Source of the DNA: SAR116 cluster bacterium AG-426-B08
Lineage (GTDB): Bacteria; Pseudomonadota; Alphaproteobacteria; Puniceispirillales; Marisalimonadaceae
Assembly: GCA_003213175.1 (NCBI GenBank)
Contig: QCNN01000004.1
Location: 3,186-67,185, forward strand
Direction: 5' to 3'
DNA length: 64,000 nucleotides
Position numbers and translations under genes: made by a program
The notes under the pieces: model-generated
Databases searched by the model: none
The model's input: only the letters and a program-made list of their open reading frames with translations
Told to the model about the DNA's origin: nothing
Shown: in pieces, positions 45,197 to 55,431 of the stretch
Numbering within the stretch: the first letter of the stretch is position 1
Layout of the letters: every line of letters begins with the position of its first letter

Positions 45197-46111
45197 ATGA
45201 TTAACAAATTTACTAATTCAATTAAAAAATTACCGCCATCTTTAATAGCCATAATTTTAATGATTATATCAGGAATGTGTGCGTCAACAATGCATTGCTT
45301 GATTAGATTAGCTACTTTAGAAAATCATCCTTTTCAAGTCGCTTTTTTTAGAACTGTATTTGTCCTAATCATTTTTTTACCTATTGTGTTCAAAGCAGGT
45401 ATTTATTCATTAAATGTTGTAGATAAAAAATTACAATTTTATAGAGCAATTGTTGGTAGTATAGCCATGTGTTGTATGTTCTTTGGAATTTCAATAACTG
45501 AACTTGCTAAAGCAACTGCTCTATTATTTACTGTTCCAATTTTCTCAACAATTTTAGCCATAGTTTTTTTTAGAGAGATAGTAGGTATTAGAAGATGGTT
45601 AGCGATGATTATAGGTATGTTTGGTGCTATGATTGTTATAAGGCCCGATATAGATTTAGGGTTAGGTCCTCTAGTTATTTTATTTGGAGCTATTACGTGG
45701 TCGGCTTCTTTATTAATGGCTAAAAAACTTACAACTTCAGAAACAAATACGAGTATGACTTTTTGGCAAGCAGCCGGATTGATCCCAGCAACTTTAATTC
45801 TTTCTTTTCCTTTTCTAAAATTACCTGGAACTGAACAATTAGTGATTTGTTTTTTTATTGCTATAACGGGTACATTAACTCATTTCTGTTTAAATGCTGC
45901 CTTGGCAAGAGCAGAGATTTCTTCCCTGTTACCATTGGATTACTTGAGGCTGATTTGGTCTGTAACATTGGGCTTTGTATTTTTTAGTGAGATCCCACTT
46001 AATACCATTTGGATTGGTTCTGCTCTGATTATTTTAGCAACAACTTATATAGCTTATAGGCAGGTTAAAAAATCAAAAGTTGTCTCTAAAGAGATTAATA
46101 CCAATTTTTAA
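45197..46111 (+). CDS. DMT-superfamily (EamA) transporter
   Basis: 304 aa, 10 TM helices arranged as two EamA-like halves. Confidence 0.75.
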   Translation: MINKFTNSIKKLPPSLIAIILMIISGMCASTMHCLIRLATLENHPFQVAFFRTVFVLIIFLPIVFKAGIYSLNVVDKKLQFYRAIVGSIAMCCMFFGISITELAKATALLFTVPIFSTILAIVFFREIVGIRRWLAMIIGMFGAMIVIRPDIDLGLGPLVILFGAITWSASLLMAKKLTTSETNTSMTFWQAAGLIPATLILSFPFLKLPGTEQLVICFFIAITGTLTHFCLNAALARAEISSLLPLDYLRLIWSVTLGFVFFSEIPLNTIWIGSALIILATTYIAYRQVKKSKVVSKEINTNF

Positions 46112-46113
46112 AA

Positions 46114-46854
46114 TCATCTTCCTCCTGATATTTTCACAATTGTACCACATACATAACTAGATTTTGAACTTAACAACCACAAAACTGTATCAGCCACTTC
46201 TTTTGCTGATCCTACTCTAGACAGAGGCACACTTGGCATTAACTTTTGAACTCTTTTTGCATCACCTGCTTTAGCATGAATTTCAGTGTCGATTAAACCT
46301 GGGGAAACAGCATTTACTCTTATGCCATACTCACCTAACTCTTTTGCCATCCCATATGTCAAAGAATGAATTGCTCCTTTTGTCATGGCATAATGAATTA
46401 ATTCACCTGCACCACCAATATCTGCTGCAATAGATGTCATATTGACTATATTACCTTTTCTCTGTTTTATCATTATTTTTGCTGAATTTTGCGCAACATA
46501 ATATGCGCCAATAACATTAGTTTTAACTAATTCCTCTAATGCATTTGGTTTTAAATCCTGAATTTTTGATACAGGCCCAGTAGTACCAGCATTATTAAAA
46601 ACTCCATCTAGAGAACTAGCTTCATTTAAAAAAATATTGAACATGTTTTCAACTGATTTATAATTACCAACATCACATTGAATTTTTATTCCCTTACCTC
46701 CATTTTTTTTAATTTCAGACAATGTCTCATCAGCTGCAATTTCATTTTGATTGTAATTGACACCAATAAACATACCCTGTTTGGCTGCCTCAATTGCAGT
46801 TGCTCTTCCAATACCTTGGCTTGCTCCTGTTATCAAAAGATTTTTCATTTTCAA
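46114..46854 (-). CDS. Short-chain dehydrogenase/reductase (SDR)
   Basis: 246 aa with TGASQGIGRA, NNAG and YAMTKGA (Y-x3-K). Confidence 0.85.
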   Translation of the reverse strand: MKMKNLLITGASQGIGRATAIEAAKQGMFIGVNYNQNEIAADETLSEIKKNGGKGIKIQCDVGNYKSVENMFNIFLNEASSLDGVFNNAGTTGPVSKIQDLKPNALEELVKTNVIGAYYVAQNSAKIMIKQRKGNIVNMTSIAADIGGAGELIHYAMTKGAIHSLTYGMAKELGEYGIRVNAVSPGLIDTEIHAKAGDAKRVQKLMPSVPLSRVGSAKEVADTVLWLLSSKSSYVCGTIVKISGGR

Positions 46855-46861
46855 TACCTTC

Positions 46862-47887
46862 TCAATTATTGATTAGTTTTAATTTCTTTTTAAACTCTTC
46901 TAAAACACTTAAATTTACTGGTCTTTTTGGGTTACCTCCACTCATAATTGTTAAAAGTTGTTTCGCTACAAATTCAGACATTTTTCTTCTACTATCAATT
47001 GTAACTCCTGCTATGTGAGGCGTTGCGATTACATTTTTATACTTTAACAATTTATGAGATGCATCAGGAGGTTCCTTATCCCATACATCTAGCCCTGCAC
47101 CTGACAAATGACCAGAATTAATAACCTTTTCAAGATCATTTTCATTATGAATTGATCCTCGAGAAGTAGTAACAAAATAACTACCTTTCTTCATTTTTAA
47201 AAAGAATTCCAAATTTATCATATTTTTTGTTTCTTTATTTAATGGAATATGAACAGTTACTATATCACTATCAGACAAGAGATAATCCAATTTTGACTTT
47301 TTGGCACCTATTTCATTAAACCTCTCGTTAGGAACATAAGGGTCAAAAGATAGAATTTTACAATTGAAACCTTTAATACAAATATCAGCAACTCTTCCAC
47401 CAGTATTCCCTAATCCAATTACACCTATTGTCTTATTAAAAAGGTTTAGACCTAAAAATTCGGTCCTTTCACCATCCCAACCTTGTCTCAAAAACCTATC
47501 TGATTCATTAATTTTTTTTAGTAAACTAATCATCATACCTACAGCATGTTCTGCAACAGCTTCAGCATTTCCACCTGTTTGATTAACAACTAAAATTCCT
47601 CTTTTAGTACATGCTTCAACGTCTATAGTATCAAAACCTGCTCCTCCTGAAGAAACTAATAATAAATTAGGAGTTTTAGATAAAAACTCCTCATCTACCT
47701 GAAAGATTTCTGGAACTTCATCTCTAGCTGCACTGACCTGATACGCATGAGCATTTGATAATTCTTCAAAGGCTTCTTGATAAGATCCATTGCTGGTAAT
47801 TTTTACAACTTCAATTAAAGATTGGCTTTCTAGGATATCTATACCATTTTGTGCTGGCAGAGTATCTAAATATACAATTTTAGGCAT
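46862..47887 (-). CDS. D-isomer-specific 2-hydroxyacid dehydrogenase
   Basis: It has GVIGLGNTGGRVA (NAD binding), RGS..., and ATPHIAGVT. I place the start at the internal ATG (MPKIVYLD...). The 40 upstream codons in the ORF track are Lys-rich intergenic-like sequence. Confidence 0.8.
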   Translation of the reverse strand: MPKIVYLDTLPAQNGIDILESQSLIEVVKITSNGSYQEAFEELSNAHAYQVSAARDEVPEIFQVDEEFLSKTPNLLLVSSGGAGFDTIDVEACTKRGILVVNQTGGNAEAVAEHAVGMMISLLKKINESDRFLRQGWDGERTEFLGLNLFNKTIGVIGLGNTGGRVADICIKGFNCKILSFDPYVPNERFNEIGAKKSKLDYLLSDSDIVTVHIPLNKETKNMINLEFFLKMKKGSYFVTTSRGSIHNENDLEKVINSGHLSGAGLDVWDKEPPDASHKLLKYKNVIATPHIAGVTIDSRRKMSEFVAKQLLTIMSGGNPKRPVNLSVLEEFKKKLKLINN

Positions 47888-47988
47888 TTTATTTTTTTTA
47901 TATTTTTTTTTTTGATATCTAAAAATTATGTTAAGCTTTTTTTTTACATATGCAAACGTTGAACTTATTTTAATTAGGGTATTTAACT

Positions 47989-48366
47989 TTGATAAAGAGA
48001 ATAACAATTCCAGATATTCTTCAACCAGTAAGTCATTACTGTCATGTTGTCGAAGCTAGAGGAATAATATGGATATCTGGATTAGTTGGCATGAAGCATG
48101 ACGGAACAATTCCAGATAATACTGTTGAGCAATTTGAAATTGCAATGGATGATTTTAACACATGTTTAATTGCTGCAGGTGGAAAATTTTCACACGTAAC
48201 TAAAGTTAGAGTTTTTTTGACTGATATTAATGATAGAAGCTTAATTAACCCAAAAAGAATCAAATATTTTGGAGAACATAAACCTGCCTCAACTTTAGTT
48301 GAAGTGAGCGGTTTAGTGGATCCAAGAATGAAAGTTGAAATTGAGGCAGAAGCTGTTGTCTGCTAA
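47989..48366 (+). CDS. RidA/YjgF/UK114-family protein
   Basis: 125 aa with YCHVVEARGIIWISG...RVFLTDIND...PASTLVEVSGL...VEIEA, typical of the family. It has an apparent TTG start and no in-frame ATG nearby. Confidence 0.8.
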   Translation: MIKRITIPDILQPVSHYCHVVEARGIIWISGLVGMKHDGTIPDNTVEQFEIAMDDFNTCLIAAGGKFSHVTKVRVFLTDINDRSLINPKRIKYFGEHKPASTLVEVSGLVDPRMKVEIEAEAVVC

Positions 48367-48381
48367 TTAAAATTATAAGTT

Positions 48382-49686
48382 ATGGAATTAATAAATTTAC
48401 ATGCGTTTCAGGTTTTAAAACTCTTAAATAATAATGAAATTACTTCCGAAGACTATGTTACGGAACTTTTAAAACATATTAATAAAAGAGAACCTTTAAT
48501 TGGAGCTTGGAATTATTTAAATGAAGATTTAATTTTAAATTCTGCAAAAAAGTTAGATGAAAAAAGAAAAATTTCAACTGGTGAAAATTTATTTGGTCTA
48601 CCAATTGGAATTAAAGATATAATTGATACTTATGACATGCCTACAGAAAATGGCTCAAAAATTTGTATTGGAAGACAACCTTCTAAAGATGCTCATTTAG
48701 TTAAACTTTTAAGAAAAGAGGGACTAATCATTTTTGGTAAAACAGTTACAACTGAATTTGCCCTCTCTGCTCCAGGTAAAACGAAAAACCCCAAAGATTT
48801 GGAGTGTACACCTGGAGGATCCTCATCAGGTTCAGCTGCTGCAGTCGGTGATAATATGATCCCATTATCGATAGGGTCTCAAACAGGTGGATCTGTTTTA
48901 AGACCAGCATCTTTTAATGGAATTATCGGATTTAAACCAACATTTGGGACAATTTCAAGGACAGGTATGTCACCAGTTTCATTTAGGTTAGACCATCCAG
49001 GGATATATGCAAGATGTATTGAAGATATAGAATTAATAGCTTCAATTATTCTTTCGTATGACGAAAGTGACTACGATATGATTAAAAATTATCATTTCCA
49101 AAATCATAGTATTTCTAATTTAAAAGATTTTAAATTTGCTTTTGTAAAAGGACCAGCATGGAAGTATGGAGATGAAGATATGAAAAAGATTTTTGAAAAT
49201 TTTATCAAAAGTATTGACCTTCGAATAGACCAAATACAATTACCCTCGGTTTTTGAAAAAGCTGTTGACTCTCATATAACTATAATGAATGGAGGAATCA
49301 GATCTTCGCTTTATAAACATTATAATGAAAATAAATCGAAATTACATCCTTACACTATTGAAAGAATTGAAAATGGATCTTCCTTGAGTGCTAGTGATTA
49401 TATTGATGCCATTCAAAATGCAAAAAAAATGAGTTTAGAATTAAAAAATGTCTTTTCTAAATATGATGCAATAATTACTCCTGCAGCCACTGGTCAAGCT
49501 CCTCGAGACCTAAGTACTACTGGAAATGCAGTATTTAATGGTTATTGGACTATGTTGGGTGTTCCAGCTATTAGTTTACCATTATTAAAAGGAAAGGACG
49601 ATTTACCAATCGGAGCTCAAGTAATCGCACCGTGGAAAGAGGATAATAAACTTTTGTCTATTTCAAAAGCTATAATGAATCTATAA
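48382..49686 (+). CDS. Amidase-signature family amidase
   Basis: 434 aa with GIKD and the signature GGSSSGSAAAV. Confidence 0.85.
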   Translation: MELINLHAFQVLKLLNNNEITSEDYVTELLKHINKREPLIGAWNYLNEDLILNSAKKLDEKRKISTGENLFGLPIGIKDIIDTYDMPTENGSKICIGRQPSKDAHLVKLLRKEGLIIFGKTVTTEFALSAPGKTKNPKDLECTPGGSSSGSAAAVGDNMIPLSIGSQTGGSVLRPASFNGIIGFKPTFGTISRTGMSPVSFRLDHPGIYARCIEDIELIASIILSYDESDYDMIKNYHFQNHSISNLKDFKFAFVKGPAWKYGDEDMKKIFENFIKSIDLRIDQIQLPSVFEKAVDSHITIMNGGIRSSLYKHYNENKSKLHPYTIERIENGSSLSASDYIDAIQNAKKMSLELKNVFSKYDAIITPAATGQAPRDLSTTGNAVFNGYWTMLGVPAISLPLLKGKDDLPIGAQVIAPWKEDNKLLSISKAIMNL

Positions 49687-49690
49687 AAAA

Positions 49691-49721
49691 AAGTCTGCTA
49701 AGATCATCTCTTAACAGACTT
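49691..49721. terminator. Bidirectional stem-loop between the convergent amidase and TRAP binding-protein genes
   Basis: AAGTCTG-c-TAAGA-tcatc-TCTTA-a-CAGACTT forms 12 bp with one C/A mismatch. It is flanked by an A-run upstream and a T/A-run downstream. Confidence 0.55.
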
Positions 49722-49751
49722 AATTTTAAAAAATAACTATGCTTATAGGTA

Positions 49752-50783
49752 TTATAGCATACCCATTTTTTTCATATAGTTTAATTGAGAATTTAGAGCC
49801 TCACGAGCAAGAGGAGTCTTCTTTGCATAAGCTTCCCAAGCTCCAACAGCGATCTTACGAAACTTATCTCTCTCTTCCTGTGCCCAATCAACAACAGTAA
49901 TATCTCCACCTGCTTTGTCTTTAGCTACAAGCTCTTTATCTTCCATGTCAGCAAGTCTTCTCATTGTTGTATAAGCTGCTACATACCAAGTTTCTAATGC
50001 AGATTGTTGATCTTTACTAAATGAATTGTAAAGTTTTTTGTTCATAACAAACTGAAGATTAGCCATAGAGTGTATGCCAGGATAAATTGGAAACTTCGCT
50101 ATCTTATGCATTCCATGAGCTGTATTATTCACGTATGCTGAAGCATCAGCTGCATCAACTATACCCTTTTCTAATGATGTATAAACTTCTGAAAATGGAA
50201 TTGATGATGGAGCCGCACCAACTAATCTAAACACTTCAGCTGCAAGTCCTTCAGGTGAACGTATTTTAACACCTTTAAGTCCGGCAACACCTGTTATTTT
50301 CTTTTTTGAAACTAAAGCTTCTCTTGAGTAAGGGCTACAACCAATGACTTTTAATTTACCGGAAGTTACCTTCAATGAATCATATATTTTTTGTAGCATT
50401 TCCTTCCCGCCACCAACCATACAATAAGATTGTAATTGATCTGGTGTATCATAACCAGCTATTAAGTCTCCAATTATTGCAAATGCTGGATCACGACCAG
50501 CAAAATATGAAATAGCATTGAGATCGCCATCTAATATCCCATTAGCAACAGCATCAATTGTTTCTCTATGAGGAACAACTGCCTTGGTTGGCAAAACGGT
50601 TAATGATAGAGAACCACCAGTCATAGCTTTTAATCTTGGCGCATATTGCTCTGTCATAAATTTATGTGCCCAGTCACCAGCTTTAGAACTAGCCTGAACT
50701 TTTATATTTTTTGCACTTACATTAGTAATTGATAATGTTAAAGCAGCAAGAAATGATAAAAACATTGTAAATTTAAATTTCAT
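49752..50783 (-). CDS. dctP: TRAP transporter substrate-binding protein (DctP family)
   Basis: 343 aa with a signal peptide. It is divergent from a fused DctQM permease. Confidence 0.8.
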   Translation of the reverse strand: MKFKFTMFLSFLAALTLSITNVSAKNIKVQASSKAGDWAHKFMTEQYAPRLKAMTGGSLSLTVLPTKAVVPHRETIDAVANGILDGDLNAISYFAGRDPAFAIIGDLIAGYDTPDQLQSYCMVGGGKEMLQKIYDSLKVTSGKLKVIGCSPYSREALVSKKKITGVAGLKGVKIRSPEGLAAEVFRLVGAAPSSIPFSEVYTSLEKGIVDAADASAYVNNTAHGMHKIAKFPIYPGIHSMANLQFVMNKKLYNSFSKDQQSALETWYVAAYTTMRRLADMEDKELVAKDKAGGDITVVDWAQEERDKFRKIAVGAWEAYAKKTPLAREALNSQLNYMKKMGML

Positions 50784-50814
50784 TTTAAAATTTCCTCTTT
50801 TTTATTTTAAATTA

Positions 50815-50937
50815 TTAACTAAAACCATCAGCAATACTAAACATGAGATAAATAATCAAAAATGCAATTAAGAATCCCCCTATCCAAGCCCAAGGGCCAT
50901 AATAGGTTACATGATCATTTCTACCTTCTGTAGCCAT
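50815..50937 (-). CDS. Unannotated 40-aa single-TM small protein upstream of dctP
   Basis: The ORF is MATEGRNDHVTYYGPWAWIGGFLIAFLIIYLMFSIADGFS. An AGGAG SD lies 7 nt upstream of its ATG. The stop is 31 nt before the dctP start on the same strand. It is too short for the ORF track. Confidence 0.5.
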   Translation of the reverse strand: MATEGRNDHVTYYGPWAWIGGFLIAFLIIYLMFSIADGFS

Positions 50938-51066
50938 AGTTAATCTCCTATTAAAAAAGATTGTTACAAAAAAAAAATATTTTCAACTGATTTTTTTAAA
51001 TAATTTACTGGACTGTAATTTTATTTCTACTATCGTTTTAGTTAAATAATACGGAGATTAAAATTT

Positions 51067-53118
51067 ATGAGCAATTTAAAAACGAGTATAACAGAAACAA
51101 ATAATGATGATTTTCCTGCTCATAAAGACGCATTAAATCCAGTAGACCATATAAGTAAGTTTTTAGGGTTAGCTGTTGCACAACTCTATCTTTTTTGTGC
51201 TTTTATTACAGCCTATGAAGTTGTTTCAAGATATTTATTTAACTCACCCACTCAATGGGTTTTTGAAACTGTAATGGTTTTATGTGCCTCAGCATGGATG
51301 CTTTCAGCTGGATATATTACGCTCCACAAAAGACACATTGGAATAACGGTTATTTACGTTATGGTAGATAAAGCCAAGCAATGGAAATTAGATACTTTTG
51401 CTTATATAATTGGGATTATTTCTTTATGGTTATTTGTCGATGATACGCTTGTAAGAGCAATTGAGTCAGTAATGATGGTTGAAAGAGGTGGTACAGCATG
51501 GAATTCACCACAACCTTTAATTTTAAAAACCATGCTTGTTACTGGTGCTTTTATTTATTTAGTTCAACTTCTTGTAAATATATACAGACATTTCGGATCT
51601 AAGATAATCAAAAATATAATAACATTAATTTCATGTATTATCTTACTCCGATTAATTTTAGTTTTTATTGAACAAGCATTTGGTACGGGAGGTATCGCTT
51701 CAAGTATAAATGCCTATTTCTCTATGATAGGTTCATATTTAGAACCTAATCAATATTGGGACATTAGAGGTATTTCTATTGGAAGTGCAAGTATGATCAT
51801 TGTAGGTTTGATGATACTTCTTATGATGACTGGCATGCCACTAGGCATAGTTACTATGTTTGTATCAATTCTTACTGCCTTAATGTTTTTTGGTTATAAT
51901 GGAATGTATCTTGTGTCAACTAACGCATTCGGCCTACTTGAAAAATATCCTTTAGTAGCTGTTCCTTTATTTGTATTAATGGCATCTATACTAGAAAAGG
52001 CTGGTGTCGCAGAAGATTTATTTGATGCGATGCAAATTTTTGCTGGCAAGCTCAGAGGTGGTGTAGCTATCCAAACAATAGTTGTAGCAGTTGTTCTTGC
52101 GGCAATGTCAGGTGTTATGGGTGGTGAAATTGTGATGCTTGGTCTTGTAGCTTTACCTCAAATGATAAGACTTGGTTATAACAAAAGATTGGCAATAGGA
52201 GTCGTTTGTGCATCAGGTGCACTGGCTACGTTAATTCCACCTAGTATCGTAATGATAGTTTATGGTCTATCAGCAAATGTTGCCATTGGAGATTTATTTA
52301 TGGCTGGTGCAGTGCCTGGCCTAATGCTCGCTACTTTTTACGGTCTGTTTACGCTCGCTAGGTGTTATATCAACCCATCTCTAGCTCCAACTGCAGAAGA
52401 AGTTGAAAAAGCGAGAGGTAAAGAAATGAAACTTTCAAAGGAAAAGTATCAAGCTGTTATTTTAAGTGTTTTTCTTATAGCTTGTGTAATGGGATCAATC
52501 TATGCCGGAGTTGCATCAGTTACTGAAGCTGCCGCTGTAGGAGCTTTGGGAGCTATGGTTGTGGCTTATATAAGAAATACTTACAGTTGGGATTTGTTAC
52601 AAAAAGCTCTTGCTGGAACAATGTCAACCGTTGGAACTATCGTATGGTTAATCCTAGGAGCTGTTGCCTTTGTTGGTATCTATAATTTAATTGGTGGTGC
52701 TGACTTCATGAGATCATTATTTACAGGATTAGGTTTACCTGCTCTTGGAATAGTCGCTGTAATGATGTTAATTTTAGTTATTTTAGGTACTTTCATGGAA
52801 TGGATTGCAATCATATTCATTACAGTACCTGTTTTTGCTCCTGTTGTAGTTGGGATGGCTCCAGAACTAGGACTTGATCCAGCTTGGGCTGCAGTGTGGT
52901 TTGGTGTTTTGTTTGTGATGAATATTCAAATATACTTTTTATCACCTCCCTTTGGACCAGCCTGTTTTTGGTTAAAGTCAGTTGCACCTCCTGATATTTC
53001 TCTTCAAGAAATATTCATGGCTGTTTTACCTTTCATTGCACTTCAAATAATAGGTATGATGTTGGTGTTGTTTATACCCGATATAGCATTATGGTTTCCA
53101 AAATATTTGTCTGGATAA
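51067..53118 (+). CDS. TRAP transporter fused small/large permease (DctQ-DctM)
   Basis: 683 aa. The N-terminal ~200 aa form a 4-TM DctQ-like domain, followed by a linker helix and a DctM-like 12-TM domain. Confidence 0.85.
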   Translation: MSNLKTSITETNNDDFPAHKDALNPVDHISKFLGLAVAQLYLFCAFITAYEVVSRYLFNSPTQWVFETVMVLCASAWMLSAGYITLHKRHIGITVIYVMVDKAKQWKLDTFAYIIGIISLWLFVDDTLVRAIESVMMVERGGTAWNSPQPLILKTMLVTGAFIYLVQLLVNIYRHFGSKIIKNIITLISCIILLRLILVFIEQAFGTGGIASSINAYFSMIGSYLEPNQYWDIRGISIGSASMIIVGLMILLMMTGMPLGIVTMFVSILTALMFFGYNGMYLVSTNAFGLLEKYPLVAVPLFVLMASILEKAGVAEDLFDAMQIFAGKLRGGVAIQTIVVAVVLAAMSGVMGGEIVMLGLVALPQMIRLGYNKRLAIGVVCASGALATLIPPSIVMIVYGLSANVAIGDLFMAGAVPGLMLATFYGLFTLARCYINPSLAPTAEEVEKARGKEMKLSKEKYQAVILSVFLIACVMGSIYAGVASVTEAAAVGALGAMVVAYIRNTYSWDLLQKALAGTMSTVGTIVWLILGAVAFVGIYNLIGGADFMRSLFTGLGLPALGIVAVMMLILVILGTFMEWIAIIFITVPVFAPVVVGMAPELGLDPAWAAVWFGVLFVMNIQIYFLSPPFGPACFWLKSVAPPDISLQEIFMAVLPFIALQIIGMMLVLFIPDIALWFPKYLSG

Positions 53119-53119
53119 G

Positions 53120-53719
53120 TCAGATATAAGGATGAAGTTGCTTAAAACCGTCAATAGCCATTTCTGTAGATAAATATATCAGAAAAGCTAACCCGATGTA
53201 TGATAGCCATCTATATTTGGTTAATATCCTAACTATAGCCGCTGCAAAAAGTGCGATTAAAAATATTGAAAAAGCAATGCCAAAAATTAGAAGGTAGGTT
53301 TGATCTCTAGCAATAGCAGTTACCGCAATGACGTTGTCTAATGACATAGAAATATCAGCAATCGTTATTGTAATAAGAGCTTTTTTAAAATCTTTACCTT
53401 TTACTTTAGATGAAACTTCTTCTTTTGATTGTTCTCTGGTAAATGACCTTATATCTAGATAAAATTTATAACAAACCCAGTATAACAATAGAGCTCCAAT
53501 TAATAAAAGGCCGGGTACGGAAATTAAGTAAGATGCTATTAAAGCAAACAATATTCTTAAAATTGCAGCTGCCATTAAACCAAAGAAAATAATTTGTTTT
53601 CTCTCTTTTTCAGAAAATGCTGCAGCGGCCATACCTATTATAAGAGCGTTATCACCTGATAAAACTATGTCAGCCAATACTATTTGAGAAACATCTATTA
53701 AAAATTCTAGCAAATTCAA
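53120..53719 (-). CDS. TerC/YjbE-family integral membrane protein
   Basis: 199 aa with duplicated motifs ADIVLSGDNALIIG and ADISMSLDNVIAV, typical of TerC-family proteins. Confidence 0.75.
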   Translation of the reverse strand: MNLLEFLIDVSQIVLADIVLSGDNALIIGMAAAAFSEKERKQIIFFGLMAAAILRILFALIASYLISVPGLLLIGALLLYWVCYKFYLDIRSFTREQSKEEVSSKVKGKDFKKALITITIADISMSLDNVIAVTAIARDQTYLLIFGIAFSIFLIALFAAAIVRILTKYRWLSYIGLAFLIYLSTEMAIDGFKQLHPYI

Positions 53720-53820
53720 TCCTTGGACTGGTTATTATCATTTATTTTATTTTTTTTCAATCTAGGTATTTCAATACTCTAAATTATTAATTATAAATAA
53801 ATATTTATTGAGGAAATTAA

Positions 53821-55419
53821 ATGAGTAATGAATTTGATTATATAATTGTTGGTGGTGGGTCCGCAGGTTGTGCTCTTGCAAATAGATTATCATCAATTAA
53901 GAATAATAATGTATTACTTCTAGAGGCAGGTAATTCATATCATCCTTTGGCAAGAATGCCAGTAAGTTTTGCTATGTTGATTGATAATCCTAAGGCAAAT
54001 TGGAGATATCGCTCTGAACCTGAAGCAGGCACTTCCAATAGACAAATACCCGTACCAAGAGGAAAGCTTTTAGGAGGTTCAAGTTCCATTAATGGGTTGG
54101 TTTATGTTAGAGGTCAAAAATTAGATTATGACATATGGGCACAAATGGGGAATAGAGGATGGTCATCTGAAGAAGTTCTGCCATATTTCAAAAAATTAGA
54201 AAATTATCAGCATGATTGTGATCATATAAGAGGTAAAAAAGGACCAGTAAAAATATCTCAAGTAAATGATAGGAACCCTATTTATCAAGCGCTATTTAAA
54301 ACAGGAAAACGACTAGGAATACCTTTTAACAATGATTATAACTCTGAAGAACAAGAAGGATTTGCTTATACACAAACAACAATATTTAATGGTGAACGTA
54401 TGAGTGCTAAAGTTGCTTATCTTGACCCTATTAAGTCAAGAACAAATTTGACTGTTATTACAAATAGCCTTGTTTCTAAAGTGATAATTAAGAATAAATC
54501 AGCCGAAGCTGTTGAAGTTTTAAAAAATAATAAAAAACAATTATTTTATGCTAATAAAGAAGTAATTATATGTAGTGGAGCCATTAATTCTCCCCAAATA
54601 TTAGAATTATCTGGTATTGGAAATCCAAACATTTTGAAAAAATTGGGTATACAATTAAATCATCCGCTTAATGGAGTTGGTGAAAATCTGAGAGATCATA
54701 TAGGCCCAAGAATTGTTTATAGAATTAATGAACCTGGGCTATCATACAATGAAAGAGCACGAGGATTTAATTTAATAAAACAAGTTACAAATTATTTTTT
54801 TAAAAGAGACGGTTTTTTAACATTGCCTTCTGCGCCTGTTCTAGGTTTTTTAAAAACAAAGCCTGAACTAGCTTCTCCAGATATACAATTACATTTCATA
54901 CCTTATAGAGTTGTTTTAGAGAATGGCAAAAGAAAATTAGGCAAAGATCCAGGTATTACTTGTACAATAAACCAAAACAGACCAGACAGCCAAGGTAGTA
55001 TACACATAAAATCAAATGATCCTCAGGAGTATCCTGAAATTAAATTTAACTTTTTATCAAAGTCAACTGATTGTGAAACACTAATATCTGGTGTAAAGCT
55101 TATTAGAAAACTTATGAACTCACCAGAAGTTCAAAAATATTGTGGCGAAGAAGTTCAACCAGGTACTCAAACTTCAAGTGATGAAGAGATACTTAAATTT
55201 ATTAGAGATAAAGCAGAAACTTTGTATCATCCTTCAGGAACATGCAAGATGGGGAATGACAAGATGTCTGTAGTTGATAATAAGCTAAAGGTCCATGGTA
55301 TTAAAAATTTAAGAGTAGCAGATGCATCCATTATGCCTACATTAATTTCTGGTAATACTAATGGACCTTGTATGATGATTGGTGAAAGATGTGCTGACTT
55401 TATTTTGCAAAATAATTAG
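53821..55419 (+). CDS. GMC-family FAD oxidoreductase (choline-dehydrogenase-like)
   Basis: 532 aa with DYIIVGGGSAGCALANRLS, GKLLGGSSSINGLVYVRG and C-terminal HPSGTCKMG...VADASIMP. Confidence 0.85.
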   Translation: MSNEFDYIIVGGGSAGCALANRLSSIKNNNVLLLEAGNSYHPLARMPVSFAMLIDNPKANWRYRSEPEAGTSNRQIPVPRGKLLGGSSSINGLVYVRGQKLDYDIWAQMGNRGWSSEEVLPYFKKLENYQHDCDHIRGKKGPVKISQVNDRNPIYQALFKTGKRLGIPFNNDYNSEEQEGFAYTQTTIFNGERMSAKVAYLDPIKSRTNLTVITNSLVSKVIIKNKSAEAVEVLKNNKKQLFYANKEVIICSGAINSPQILELSGIGNPNILKKLGIQLNHPLNGVGENLRDHIGPRIVYRINEPGLSYNERARGFNLIKQVTNYFFKRDGFLTLPSAPVLGFLKTKPELASPDIQLHFIPYRVVLENGKRKLGKDPGITCTINQNRPDSQGSIHIKSNDPQEYPEIKFNFLSKSTDCETLISGVKLIRKLMNSPEVQKYCGEEVQPGTQTSSDEEILKFIRDKAETLYHPSGTCKMGNDKMSVVDNKLKVHGIKNLRVADASIMPTLISGNTNGPCMMIGERCADFILQNN

Positions 55420-55431
55420 AAAGAGCTAGAT

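Noticed and set aside
47888-48007. 40-codon N-terminal extension of the 2-hydroxyacid dehydrogenase ORF.
   Set aside because: The extension is Lys-rich, AT-rich and intergenic-looking, and it overlaps the RidA start. The dehydrogenase family normally begins close to the MPKIVYLD-type first beta-strand.
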